A DNA stretch of 64,000 nucleotides, taken from the NCBI RefSeq assembly GCF_009914755.1, contig NC_060946.1. One strand, 5' to 3'. Positions 22,985-37,010 of this stretch are shown in pieces (position 1 is the first letter of the stretch; the number at the start of each line of letters is the position of its first letter). A program made the position numbers and the translations under genes. The notes under the pieces were generated by a model that was given only the letters and a program-made list of their open reading frames with translations, had not been told where the DNA came from and made no database searches. The DNA comes from the human T2T-CHM13v2.0 reference genome, Homo sapiens.

Positions 22985-24245
22985 CAAGGAGGAGGAGGAG
23001 GGAGGAGGAGGGATAGAGGATGGGAAGGAGGAGGAGAAGGGAGGAGGAGGGATAGAGGATGGGAAGGAGGAGGAGGAGGGAGGAGAAGGGATAGAGGATG
23101 GGAAGGAGGAGGAGGGATAGAGGATGGGAAGGAGGAGGAGAAGGGAGGAGGAGGGATAGAGGATGGGAAGGAGGAGGAGGAGGGAGGAGAAGGGATAGAG
23201 GATGGGAAGGAGGAGGAGGGATAGAGGATGGGAAGGAGGAGGAGAAGGGAGGAGGAGGGATAGAGGATGGGAAGGAGGAGGAGAAGGGAGGAGGAGGGAT
23301 AGAGGATGGGAAGGAGGAGGAGGAGGGAGGAGAAGGGATAGAGGATGGGAAGGAGGAGGAGGGATAGAGGATGGGAAGGAGGAGGAGAAGGGAGGAGGAG
23401 GGATAGAGGATGGGAAGGAGGAGGAGGGAGGAGGAGGGATAGAGGATGGGAAGGAGGAGGAGGAGGAAGGAGAAGGGATAGAGGATGGTAAGGAGGAGGA
23501 GGAAAGAGGAGGGATAGAGGATGGGAAGGAGGAGGAGGGATAGAGGATGGGAAGGAGGAGGAGGAGGGAGGAGAAGGGATAGAGGATGGGAAGGAGGAGG
23601 AGGAGGAAGGAGAAGGGATAGAGGATGGGAAGGAGGAGGAGGAGGGATAGAGGATGGGAAGGAGGAGGAGAAGGAAGGAGGAGGGATAGAGGATGGGAAG
23701 GAGGAGGAGGCAGGAGGAGGGATAGAGGATGGGAAGGAGGAGGAGGAAAGAGGAGGGATAGAGGATGGGAAGGAGGAGGAGGGATAGAGGATGGGAAGGA
23801 GGAGGAGAAGGAAGGAGGAGGGATAGAGGATGGGAAGGAGGAGGAGGAGGGATAGAGGATGGGAAGGAGGAGGAGGAGGGATAGAGGATGGGAAGGAGGA
23901 GGAGGAGGGATAGAGGATGGGAAGGAGGAGGAGAAGGAAGGAGGAGGGATAGAGGATGGGAAGGAGGAGGAGGGATAGAGGATGGGAAGGAGGAGGAGAA
24001 GGAAGGAGGAGGGATAGAGGATGGGAAGGAGGAGGAGGGAGGAGGGGAGAAGAGGAGGGGAGAGGAGGAGGATTAGAGGATGGGGAGGAAGAGGATGGAG
24101 GAGGAGGGGAAGAGGGGGAAAAGGAGGAGGAGGGGAGGAGTTAGGAGGAGAAGAAGGGGAGGAAAGGGAAGAGGATGGGAGGAGGGGAAGGAGGAGGGGA
24201 GGAGAGGGGGAAGAGGAGGGAGAGGAGGAGGAGGAGGGGAGGAGG
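22985..24245 (+). repeat. Polypurine VNTR: about 30 copies of GGGATAGAGGATGGGAA plus (GGA)n, units 26-39 bp, then GA-rich low complexity
   Basis: Directly visible; almost no C over about 1.26 kb. Confidence 0.97.
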
Positions 24246-26254
24246 ACTGCTGAAAGCTGCTTCCAATACCACAAACCTGCTTCATCTGTCCATAAACGTC
24301 TGAGTGCCCCTTTCTGGGAGACAGAAAGTGCCGTCCTTGGGGTTTGCCAGGGGCTGACCTTGGGGCTGGCCCAGCAGTCACCAGAGCCTGTTACACACGC
24401 ACAGACCCAGCCTTTGGCTCCAGAGCCAGCCTCACATCATGACCGTGCCTCGTTCCTTCACTCCCTGTGTCCACAGATGTTGAACTCTGGAAGAGAGAAC
24501 AGTTGTGAGTCGGCTTTGTGGCTGCTGGTGGGCACTGGCCAGGGCTGGTGGAGGACAGGATGGGCAGGTTCCCTGGGACTGGGGTCTCTGGGGGAGTGGA
24601 CGGCCCTGGGGCAGCCAGTCACTGGGGTCTGTGTGTAGGGCATGCGATGGCTGTAGAGGGGGCTCCGCTGGCTTCAGGAGCCTGACCCCAGCCCCACTGG
24701 GCAAGTCTTGGCCTCTGTCTGTTGCTGTGCCATCTGTGGGCCTTTCTTCCTTTGAAGCATTGAGGTGTTCGTCACAAGCGTCCTCACACTACTCGGCACA
24801 TTGTCCACCTTACCGGGCATAAATTATGATGCTGGAGTGGCAGCTCGCCATGCACACAGCAGCACCCAGGATGGTGCCCAGACCTCCTGTTCCAGCTGGC
24901 AGCTCCGGCCATGGCTGCCTGTCATCCCCACTGGGTATCTCCCCTTTCATTTTTACATGTTGTTGGAACAAAATTATGCCACTATCAAGGGACGCACAGT
25001 GGAAGAAAATACCCACTGCCTCCACACCCCGGCATGGCACACACATGCATGTTTGTGTGCTTGTAACTGGAACTAGCCTTTCCACCTGCTCTTTCTCCTG
25101 GCCACGCCCCCTCTTGTTGCCTGTCAGTCACCTGTGCAGCCTGGAGGTCTGAGTCATGTTCCATCCATGGATCGAGCCATCCATCATGCTCCCGTGTTGG
25201 GAGGACAGTGGTTTACGGTCATCAAGACCCGGCGCTCTCATCCCGGCCCTGTTGGCCTGGACCTTGGCCTTCGGACTTGCTTGAGCAGTGCAGGATGAGC
25301 GGCAGTGATTTCAAGGGCCTCTGAGCAGAAGTTTTTACAGCCATCAAGCTCTACTGCTGTCTTGTATTTTTTCTTTTCCCATTGCCACCAAACAGGCATG
25401 TACTAAACAGGGGCTGCTTGGCCAAAGCCAGAGCATGCGTGGCAGGGCCCAGGTGCCCACCTGCCACAGACGGAAATGAGGGAAAGAGCAGACCATTTTT
25501 GTTGAAACCTCTAGGATTCGGGTGTCACCACCTGCCACAGCATAACTTATCCTAATCCAACTGTGGCAGACCATAGCCTGGAGTCGTCTGCTTAGGACAT
25601 GTTGGAGGTAGAATTTTGAGCTCTTGTTTGCTTTCCTGTCCTGTTGAGCTTTTTGGAAATCCTGTCTACATCTGCATTCTCATTCTGTGTGGATCTCTGT
25701 GTGGCCACCAGCATCTCTGCCCACAGGCCGCTGCAGCAGTGTCACTAGGGCCCAGGGTCCAGCTCCCAGGGGAATCTCAGGTGTGGGTTCCCGTGGCTGT
25801 GCTCCAGGGCCCAGGCCCTGTGGACACTGCCTCCCTTCCCTCCAGGCCACAGGCGGGACACACAACAGGTGGATCAAGACCCACATATGCAAGGAGCAAC
25901 TCAGAGTGTGTGGGCATCTGTCAAAGATGGCTGGAGACAGCCCAAGGTGATTTGGCAGAAAGAGGAGGACCATTCATGTCACCTCCTGGACTCTGTTCAA
26001 TCATTTCCTGGCTCTACAAACCAAAGGCTAACCTGCCTGAAATGAGAGAAATTCAAAGGGAAGTCCTCTCTCCTACCTCCGGAGAGACAGGCCCGAACCA
26101 GATCACGGGCCAGGTGGCAGGTGAGAATAGTGCATGGCTCTGCAAGGGTCACAGTGACCACAGACCCCGGAGGGCCCCGGGCCGAGGACCTACCTTCTGA
26201 GGAAGATGTGTGGCATAGACGGGTCCGTGTGAGTCAACCTGTGTCCTGTCCATT

Positions 26255-26690
26255 CCAAGCCTAGAAGTCTGATGTACAGCAGGAGGACCAACCGAGTTAA
26301 CAACATTGTCCTGCATATGGAAAATGGGCTGAGATAGTCAATTTTAGGTCCTCTTACCACACACATACACACACACACACACAGACGCACACACACACAG
26401 GTGCACACAAACACACAGACGCACACACACAGACGCACACACACAGACGCACACACACACAGATGCACACACACACAGACGCACACACACAGAGATGCAC
26501 ACACACAGACGCGCACACACACAGACGCACATGCGCACACACACACACAGGTGCACAGGAAGCGTGACTGTGGAGGTCATGAGTATGTTAATTCCTATGT
26601 AGTAATCATTTCTCTGTTTCTGTATATCAAAACAAACACCATATTGTACAAGTTAAATATATAAAATAAAAATAAATCTTTAAAAAATTG
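26255..26690 (+). mobile_element. L1MA/MB-type 3' end containing a (CA)n expansion
   Basis: CTAGAAGTCTGATGTACAGCA...TCTTACCAC[CA repeat]...TATGTTAATT...ATATTGTACAAGTTAAATATATA, A-rich tail. Confidence 0.75.
26358..26550. repeat. Compound (CA)n / CACAGACG repeat
   Basis: Directly visible. Confidence 0.95.
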
Positions 26691-27059
26691 CAAAAGAGCC
26701 TTTAAGAACAAGAACCTGGGGGAGCTCCCAGAGAGCAAGAGAGCCGCGAAATGCAACCCCAGCACAGCAGGAGGAAGACTCGGGCCCAACACCGGATCCA
26801 ATGAATGTCAGCTTCCTTTATACCCATCTTCCCTCGAACGTCTCAGATTAATTCCCTCCTACTTCATCTCTCTTCAGACGCTCCCTGGACGTTACAACCT
26901 TCCCTATCTCATGGTCTAAATTCAACCCGATTTCTTGGTGTAAATTCCATTTTTGGCTTTTCAGGGAAAGGCTCTTGCTCCAGCCTCTTGAATGTTGATG
27001 CCATGAGGATTCTCTTCCCCTTCCTCGTCTCTGTCTGTCCAGCTTCATAGAGACACTAT

Positions 27060-27190
27060 GTCCTCAAGTCTTTCTTCTTCACCAGGAGATAAGGGTCTTG
27101 CAAGAAGGTGCTACGGCGGCTTTCTTTGTCTTTCCAGAGCCTGGTGTCGATTTGTTAAGGGAATGCTCAAATGTTTATTGGAATAAACTT
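27060..27190 (+). mobile_element. L2 3'-end fragment
   Basis: TCCAGAGCCTGG...TGCTCAAATGTTTATTGGAATAAA. Confidence 0.45.
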
Positions 27191-30100
27191 TCAATAGGCA
27201 AGGATTTAGGTGTTGTGCTTTGTGCACGATGGGTGGGGTGCTAGGTTTTCATGAAGGTTCCATTTGAAGAGCTATAGGACAGCTGGGTTCTGTGTCCCAA
27301 AATCTCAGAGCTGAGCTCCCTGGAGGGGTTACAGCAGCCCACTGACAGGGCTCTGGGTGAAGGAGGGTCAGCTGTGTGTGCAACATGATGAGCTCCTCTG
27401 CAATCAGATGGTCTCCTGCCTGCCCAGAGTGTGGGATCCGGGAGGTTCCATGGGTGCATGTACCGTGGGGCAGATTGGCATGAGTTATGGAGCCGTGTAG
27501 CATGGCTGCACCACCCTGGACCCTTGCAGACAAACAATGAGCCAGGCGTATGAGGAGACAAGGTGGGACTACAGACCAGAGGGTGATGGCCTAATTGGAG
27601 GAGTGTTTGGAAATGTGAGTGGTTGGCGCCAAGTGTTCCATGGCAGAATGTCGTTGTGACAGCCGCTTTGGCTCACATCTCCCAGTGTCGTCCCACACCG
27701 CTTCTGAGCTTGCGTGGCTTCCTCGGTCCAATCAAACAATAGCAAATGGGATGCAGGCAGACATTTTTACAGTCCTGGCTCATTAGAGTGTCCTCCTGCT
27801 GGATGGCCTCAGGCCCTGCCACGCAGTGAACCAGCCTGGGTGAGGCTGCATGAGGAAGGAACACAGGAAGGGGCCAGCCACCCCAGCCCTCCCAGTGGAG
27901 CTGTCAAAAACCAGCCAGTTCCCGGCCCAGCCACCAGTAGACGGCCATCAGCGAGCTCCCCAGGATCAGCCAAAGAAACTCCCAGTCAAGCTCAGTCCAA
28001 ATTGCAGACTCAGGGAACAAACGCTAAGCACAGGAGTGTTTCCAGATGACCGATGGGCACTGAGAGCCAGACAGCAGCAGAGCAGCTGGGAAGTTCCGGG
28101 TAGAAAAAAATCAACATTTTTGAGTTAAAACTTCACCTCTGCAAAGATATACTTTTAAAACGAGGGTAAAATAAAGATACGTACTTGCAGAAAAATGAAA
28201 ATGGACAGAAAAAGATTCCAAAAAGGGTCTTACTCAAGGAAATACTGAAAAATGAGACAGAAAAAAAATAAAATCCTAGGTGGACTCTTGGAGGTTCAGG
28301 AAGGAATTAGCAGGGGAAGGTGAGGACGATGGGGCAGGAGATCCACTCAGGGCCAACAACAGTAACATCCAAACACGATGATCCAAAGCAACCATTTGGA
28401 AGCACTGGAACATGAACAAGGGCAGGAAGAAACTGAGAAGTGATTTTGGAAGGGATGCATCCGCGTCAGGTAAGGACGCCCGGTTTGTGGCTTCTTGCTG
28501 GAGGTGGCTCCTAAAACCCCACCTGTAGTGATAGGAAAACCACCGGCTCTGCAGCTTCAGGGGGCGGACGACACAGAGCAGCTGGAAGTGCACGGAGAAG
28601 ATCTGTAAGCAAGAAAGCGCAGATGGGCTGAGACCTCAAGTCGGAGTCAAACTTTGCCCAAATCCCTGGCTGACTCCTAAACAGGAAATGAGCACGGGGG
28701 ACCTGGAGGAATGAGGCGGAAATTAGACGGAAAAGGCTTCTGATGATATTCAGAAGAATTCTGTACCCTTGGCAGAGTTCATTCCCCAGCCTACACTGGT
28801 CCCTGTTACTGAAAGAGGAAGCTGTTCTACCTTAAAGCAGGAAGAAACTGGGGATGGCAGAGCAACTAAGAATTAAGGGGTAGTTTCAGCAGCAAGGCTC
28901 TTAGAGAGGGGGTGAGCCCCCAAATCTGAGTACGTACACTGCCCGAATACATAGCTGATCGCTAAACCACACAGTTGTAGGATTAATACATGGGACCAGG
29001 ATAAAAAATAAACAGCCACACGCTCCCTCTCTCTCACAAAACAGCAACAACGAAGACAAGCAGAGGCCACCTTCTGCATTTTTTAGGGAAGACAGCTTTG
29101 AAAGCAGGCGGATTAGCTGCCTAGGGTAACACAGAAACAACGCTTAGACATTTCAGAGCGTCTACAAAATATTACTTCCATTGGCAAGCCTCCCTCCAAC
29201 GTGTACTAGACATGCAGAGAAACAGTCAAATGTGAAAAAAAATCAGGCATGGAAACCCACTCTGAGACAGCTTTTATGTTGGATTTTGCAAAGACATCAA
29301 AGGAGCTAATATAAATGTGTATAAATCATTAAAGAAATGTGTGGTATTAATGAGTTAATAGGTAGACTATTTCAACAGAGAAATGAAAACTGTTTTTTAA
29401 ATTGTAGTTTTAGAGGTGAAAAATACAATATCAGAAAATAAATTGAAAAACGTACCAGATGGATTCAATGAGCAGATCAGAAACAGCAGAAGAAAGAATC
29501 AGTGAACCTGAAGATAGATCCATAAAAATTGTCCAATCTGAGAAACAGACAGAAACTGATTGAGAAGACATTTAAAAGCTTCGGCGACCTTGAGAACAAT
29601 ATCGGGGAGTCCAACATGGGTGAAATAAAAGCCCCAGAAAGAGAAAAGAGAAAATACAGTAGACAATTTAAAAAAAATTGAGGAAATAAGGCCAACACTT
29701 CCCAAACCGGTGAGAATATTTATAGAACTATTCACATCAACAAACCAAAGTAGGATAAACATAAGAAACCACAACTAGATTATATGATAGTCAAATCTCT
29801 GAAACACAAAGTGAGGAGAGGAGAAATTCTTGAAAGCAGCAAGAGAAAAATGGTCCATTTCATAGAGAGGAACAATGACATGATTAATGGCTGACTTTTC
29901 ATCCAAAACAGTGGAGGCCAGAGATGTTGAGGAGACATGAAAGTGTGGAGGAAGGGAAATATCCGTCATCCAAAGATTCTATATCTAGAAAAACTATTCT
30001 TCAAAGATGAAGGTGAAATACAGACAAAATAAAAGTGAGAAAAATTACTTATTATTAATAGGATTTTACTGCAAGAAATGCTGAAGTATGATATAAAGAT

Positions 30101-30382
30101 AGATACATGTGTGCGTAATCTTATAATTTCTATAGAACACACATGGCTATTTAAAATAAAGATTATAACACTATCGTAGGGTTAAAATTGACAGAGGTTT
30201 AATATATCTCTGTATTACACTGTATAGCCCAAAGGATAGGTGGTACAATAGAACATAGTCCCTTGAAAGTGTCCTCATTTGTTCAGAAATCATTTAATAT
30301 TAATTAACTTTAAGGTGATTGTGCTGACATGATATGATCCTTAGCAGAACCACTAGAAAATACTGCAAAGAAATTTTACCTA

Positions 30383-31273
<891 letters not shown>

Positions 31274-32324
31274 TTACTATAGACAAAAAGAACATTTAAC
31301 AATAATAAAGCGTCAATATAGCAGGAAAAAAATCATAAATGCATATGTGCCTGATAATAAAGTTCCAAAATACATGAAGCAAAAGCTGACAGAACTGAGA
31401 GGAAAAATCAACAATTTAACCATGATAAATGGAGATTTTATTTCTTCTTTGTTAGTAATCAATAGGACAAACAGATAGAAAATCGTCAAGTATGTAGAAG
31501 ACTTGGACAACATCAGTCAGTATGTAATCAACACTCGCAGAAACAGCAAATAGAGCACCCCTAGGAATGGGACAGCTGAATCATATATGGGTGTGCTTAT
31601 ATGTTTTAAAATTGCCAAACTGTATTCAAAAGTGGTTGTAATATATCTGATCAGTGTTCATTAATTTTAGCCATCTTAATAGATGTAAGGTGTTAACTCT
31701 ACACAAAATCTTTCCAAGACATACTGAAGATGAATCAAAATAGACCAAATATTAGACAATCAAGCAAATCTTTAAAAAAATCCAGACTGAAAATCAAACA
31801 GTATATGTTCTCTGATCACGATAGAATTAAATTGGCAATCAATAAGAATATCTGAAAAATTCTGAAATTTGGAAATACCAGACTTGGTTAGAATAACCAA
31901 ACCACAGGTTAAGAAAAAAAGGGAAATTTAAATTGTATATATTTAATTGAAAACATTTAAATATTTTTATTTGAATGATAACAAAAGGACAATTTATGAA
32001 AATCTCTGCAATGTTGCTAATGAAATGCTTAAAGAAAATGTATAGCTTTAGAAGCTTCTATTAGAAAGGAGGAAAAAGTCTAGAATGTAAGCTTCCACCT
32101 TAAGGAGCTAGAAAATGAAGAGCAGAATGAATCCAAATAACAAAGAGCAGACACCAATAAGAGAGAAAATAAATAAGTAATAAAGAAAATCAATGAAACC
32201 AAAAGCTCACTAAAAAAATCAAAAGGTGGCTTTTTAGGGGTATGGTTAGCATGTAACTGACTGCACACATTTAAAGCGTACCACGTGGTAAGTCTGATAT
32301 ATATACCCCCTTGAAACAATCACT

Positions 32325-32715
32325 ATCTTGATTTGCTTGAGCTGTAATAAAATACCTGACTGGATGATTTAAACAACAGGAATTCATTTCTCATAGTTCT
32401 GGAGGCTGGGAAGTCCAAGATCAAGGTGCTGGCCAACTTGGTTCCTGATGAGGGCTCTCTCGCTGGCTCGCAGATGGCAGCCTCTTTGCTGCGTGCTCAC
32501 ATGGCTGTCCTTGATGTGTGCACACAGCATGAGAGCAAGTGCTGTAATATCTCTTCTTATAAAGGCACTAATCCCATCAAACCAGGGCCCCACCCTCATG
32601 ACCTCGTCTAACCCTAATTACCTCCCAAAGTCCCATTTCCAAACACAATCACACTGGGGGTTTGGGCTTCTATATATGAATTGTGGGGGGCACATAAACA
32701 TTTCATCCATAATAG
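32325..32715 (-). mobile_element. MaLR LTR (MLT1A-like)
   Basis: AAACAACAGGAATTCATTTCTCATAGTTCTGGAGGCTGGGAAGTCCAAGATCAAGG...CCTAATTACCTCCCAAAG. Confidence 0.88.
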
Positions 32716-32917
32716 CGGCAATCAATATAATGAACATATCTGCCATTCCTCAATGTATCCTTCTATCCCTCCTCACCCCACACCTGTCTCTTTTCTATTT
32801 CATTGATCTATGTTCTTACCTTTATTATTTTCTTCTTTCTGTAATACTTTGGGTTTACTCTACCCTTTTTCTAGCTTATTAAGATGAAAACTTTTGTGTT
32901 TCATTTTTCTTTTCTTA

Positions 32918-33145
32918 TTTTTTCAATAAAACTCAACTTTTTAATCTGGAGATACATATAATATATGTAAATTATATATAATATATAGAATACATACTAT
33001 ATAATTGTTATATAGTATATATTATCATAATATTATTAATAATATATTATAATATATATTGTATATAATTTCATATATTTATGTAGCTATTAAATATAAT
33101 GATATATATTTCCAGATTAAAGTTGAGTTTTATTTAAAAAAAGAA
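32918..33145. repeat. AT-rich imperfect palindrome
   Basis: Arms AATAAAACTCAACTTT..TTAATCTGGA / TCCAGATTAA..AGTTGAGTTTTATT around a TA-rich self-complementary core. Confidence 0.88.
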
Positions 33146-33292
33146 TAAATAGAGTAATAAGCAAATAGAATAAACACTCCAATAAAAACTTAGGAATTGA
33201 CCAGTATCAATCAATATCAAACAATATTATTTGAGGCCCTGGTGTGTGTGTATACATACACGCAAATAATATTGTTTCATTTTAATGTTTCT

Positions 33293-33428
33293 TTTTGTGT
33301 TATTTTATTTATTTATTTATTTTTAACTTGTAAGTTCAGGGATGCATGTGCAGGATGTGCAGGTTTGCTACACAGTTTGTTGTACCAATTATTTCGTCAC
33401 CCAGACATTAAGCCTAGTATCCATTAAT
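33293..33428 (-). mobile_element. L1PA/PB-type 3'-end fragment
   Basis: TTTTAACTTGTAAGTTCAGGGATGCATGTGCAGGATGTGCAGGTTTG. Confidence 0.75.
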
Positions 33429-36400
33429 ATCAGCATTTAAAGCTGTAAGTTTCACTCTAAAGCATTGGTTTTTCTGCATCGCACAATTTTGATCTGTTGT
33501 ATTTTCATTATTGTTCAGTTAATCTAATTTCCTTGGTTATTTCTTTTTGACCCATGAATTGTCCTAATTTCTAAATATTTCTGTATTTTCTAAATGTGTA
33601 GTGTTATTAATCTCTAAATTAATTCCATTGCAATCAGAGAAAGTATTCTGTATAATTTTAATACTTTTAAATTTATTGAAGCTAAAAGTTTTATGGCCAA
33701 TTACATTTCCCATCATGGTGAATCATAAATGCATTATACTAACTGGAAATAGATATGCCTTTTATAAATGTTGGGTATAATGTTTTATAAATATCAAATA
33801 GGGGAAAGTAGTTGATAATGCTGTTCAAATATTCCTTACTGAATTTTTGTCAAGTTTTTTAATGAATTGCTGAAAATTGTTAAAATCTATTATAATGTGA
33901 AATTCTCCATTTTTATTTTAATTCTGAAAATTTTTTCTTAATGCTTCTAAATATCAATTAGTTGAAAATGTTTGGTATGCGTGTTCAAATCCTGCCTATC
34001 TTCCCTGTTCTTTGTTTAATTCCTTTAGGATTCTGAAAGACGGTGTTAAAGTCTCCTACTTCGAATTGTATATTCTTCCCTTTAATTTTATTAATGTTTG
34101 CTTCATGTATTTAAAGGCTCTGTTGTAATTAGCCTACAGTTTTGTCATTCTTTTCTTTTCCTGAGAAATTAACCCTTTTATCCTCATGAAATGTCCCTCT
34201 TAACTGTGGTAAAATAATACTGAAGTGTATTTTATCTGATACTCATATAGTCAGCCCAGTTATCTTATGCTTACTCGTTACATGCTATATATTTTTTTTC
34301 TATCCATTTACTTTCCACCTGTCTGTGTCTTTAGATTTAAAATATATTTCTTATAGGCATAATATAGTTACATACTGATTTTTAAAATCTGGTGATCTCT
34401 GTTTTTTAAATGGGAGTTTTTGACCATTATCATGTAATGTAATGATTGATAATATACCTATATATTTAAGTCTACCATTTAATTGTTTTTTGTTTTTTGT
34501 ACCCTCTTTTCATTTCTTCTTCTGCTCCAGCATTCTTTTATATTAAAAAATATTTTTTATAATTTTATTTCAACTATCCTTTAGCATCTAACCATTCATC
34601 TTTGTCTTATTTCTTTTTAGAGGTTGCTGTATGGATTAGAGTATACATGTTTAATATCTCACAATCTACTCCAAGTCAATGTTGGACCACTTCACATAAA
34701 ATCTAGGCACCTTGCAGCCATATGGATTCCCTTTTCTCATCCGCTACATTCATTTACTTTATAGCTGACTTATGTGTTACATCTTCAAACATTACAAACC
34801 CCTTCAGACATTGTACTAATTTTGGCTTTATATAGTTATACAAATTCATTTAACAGAAAAATGATCTTTTAAATATTTACCCAGATATTTATCATTTCAA
34901 ATGATCTTCATTCATCCCTGGAAAAATCTAAATTTCCCTCTGATATCATTTCACATTAGCCCAAGATCTCCCTTTAGCATTTCTTATAACGAAAGTCTAA
35001 TGGCAACAAATTACCTTCGTTTCCTTTAGCTGAAGATGCTGCTATGTTACCTTCATTACTGAAGGATATTTTCGGAGGCCATGGATTTCTAAGTTGATAA
35101 TTTTTTTTTCTTTTCTCTCACTCTAAGCACTTTAATGATGTTGATACGTGATTTTCTGGCCTCCACTTTCCTGATGAGAAATGCATAGTCTCTTGAATTG
35201 TTTTTATCCAGTATCCGATGCATCATTTTTCTCTCAGCCACTTAAAAAATTTCCCTAAAAGCAATTTTATTTACTATGTCTAAACATAGTTTTATTTGGA
35301 TTTATTCTAGTTGGAGTTTGCTGAGATTCTTGAATCAGTAAATTCATGTCTTTCACCAATTTTGGGATGTTTTTGGCCATTGAATCTTAAAATACTATTT
35401 TCTGACCAAATTTATCTCTGTTCTCTTTCTGGAACTCCAAGGATATGTATATTAGATGTTTTGATATTATTTTCAAGTTTCTGAGGCTCTGTTAATTTTA
35501 TAAAAATCTTTTATATATCTCTTCTTAGTTTCTGCTGATTTAACCAATTTCCTCTGTCATCTTCTGTCTGCTACAGAGCTCAGTCCAGTGATTTATTTAT
35601 TTCATATATTGTATTTTTCTGCCCTAAATTTTACACTTGTTTCTTTTTTATATTTTCTGTGTCTCTGCTAAGATTTACTATCTTTTGATTTATTTCAAAT
35701 ATATTTTTCTTTACTTTTAAGTGTAGATATAATAGTAGGTTTCAAGTTATTTTCTGATAATTCAGACATCTCGTTTATCTCAGGGCATTAGACTGTTGAT
35801 TTTACTGTCCCTTGATAATTTGTCACATTTTTCTATTTTGTTTTGCATATATGTCAATTTGTTTTGGATTTCATTCTGTACACTTTGTTCATTCTGCATT
35901 CTGATATATTCCTCTGAAGAGTGTTGATTTTTTTAAGCTATTAATCCAGTAAGATTCAGACTCTTAGCCCTGAACCACCTTTTGAAGATGGAGGTTTACA
36001 TTTCAGTTGAATTTTCTAAAATTTTAGTGTGCTGCTTTAATCCTGTCCTCTGCCTGCCTGGTCTAATGGTCTACCTGAGACATGTGTGGGACTCATACAT
36101 GGAAATAGAGGCTCTCCCTCTCTGACTCTCTTTCCTCCAGTTTTACCTGCTTACTGTTCACCAGTGGAAATCTCCCAGAACTCCTTCCCTCCATTTCAGG
36201 CCAGACAGAGTTCCAGCTGTTTGCTGTGCACCTTTCCTTGACTGTGGTCCACACTCGGTAAAGCCACCAACAAGGAGAAACTCACTCCCTAGTCAATTGC
36301 TTCTCCAAGTTTTGGTGCCACTCCACAGTCTGCCTTCTTTTGGTGTATTCATTAGTTTACTTAGGTAGTTGGATTTTGCACTCTGTCTATTGTTTATAGT

Positions 36401-36678
36401 TATTATTAGCAATAGGACGGTTCTGTGGAGGCTCACACTGCTATACCGGAAGAGTAAACCCACAAAGTTGTGATATGTAGTGTCTATATTGTAAATCAGT
36501 TATGGATCCTTTTACATTTTAATTCTTTTAATTATTTTGAACCCAGGAGTTGTTTAGTAATGGTGTTTCAATTTCTAAATATGTGGGTGATTTTTAACTT
36601 GTCTTTTTGTTTTAAAAGCTTGATTGCATGGTGGTCAGAGATCTTGTTCTGCACACGCACACACACAGACACACAAAG

Positions 36679-37010
36679 AGATGCTCTTCAACTTAAGATG
36701 GAGTTATGTCTCAATAAGCCCATTAAAAATTGAAAATATTGTAAGTCAAAAATACATTTAATAGTACACACACTTAATTTACTCAACATTGTAGCTTAGC
36801 CTAGCCTACCTTAAATATGGTCAGAATACTTACATTAGCCTACAGTTGTGCTAAATCATCTAAAAGAAAGCCCATTTTGTAATAAAGTATTATATGTCTT
36901 GTACACTTTATTAAATGCTGTACTGAAAGTGAAAATGGAATCGTTTTTGCACCATCATAAAGTCAACAAAATCGTTAGATGGAAGCATGGTAAGTCAGGG
37001 AGGGTCTGTA
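36679..37010 (+). mobile_element. MER47A-like TcMar-Tigger DNA transposon
   Basis: Ends AGATGCTCTTCAACTTA...TAAGTCAGGGAGGGTCTGTA; internal AGCTTAGCCTAGCCTACCTTAAA. Confidence 0.8.

Larger units (their letters stand above)
32790..36430 (-). mobile_element. Old L1 (L1M): ORF2 EN, ORF1 and 5' region, antisense
   Basis: T-rich antisense EN motifs (TTAATTCCATTGCAATCAGAGAA) and ORF1 motifs (TTCTGGCCTCCAC, GTTGGAGTTTGCTGAGATTCTTGAAT). Confidence 0.8.

Noticed and set aside
22736-24274. 512-aa Pro/Ser/Leu-rich ORF and Glu/Gly-rich plus-strand ORFs
   Set aside because: Translations of the polypurine repeat; lack of stops follows from base composition.
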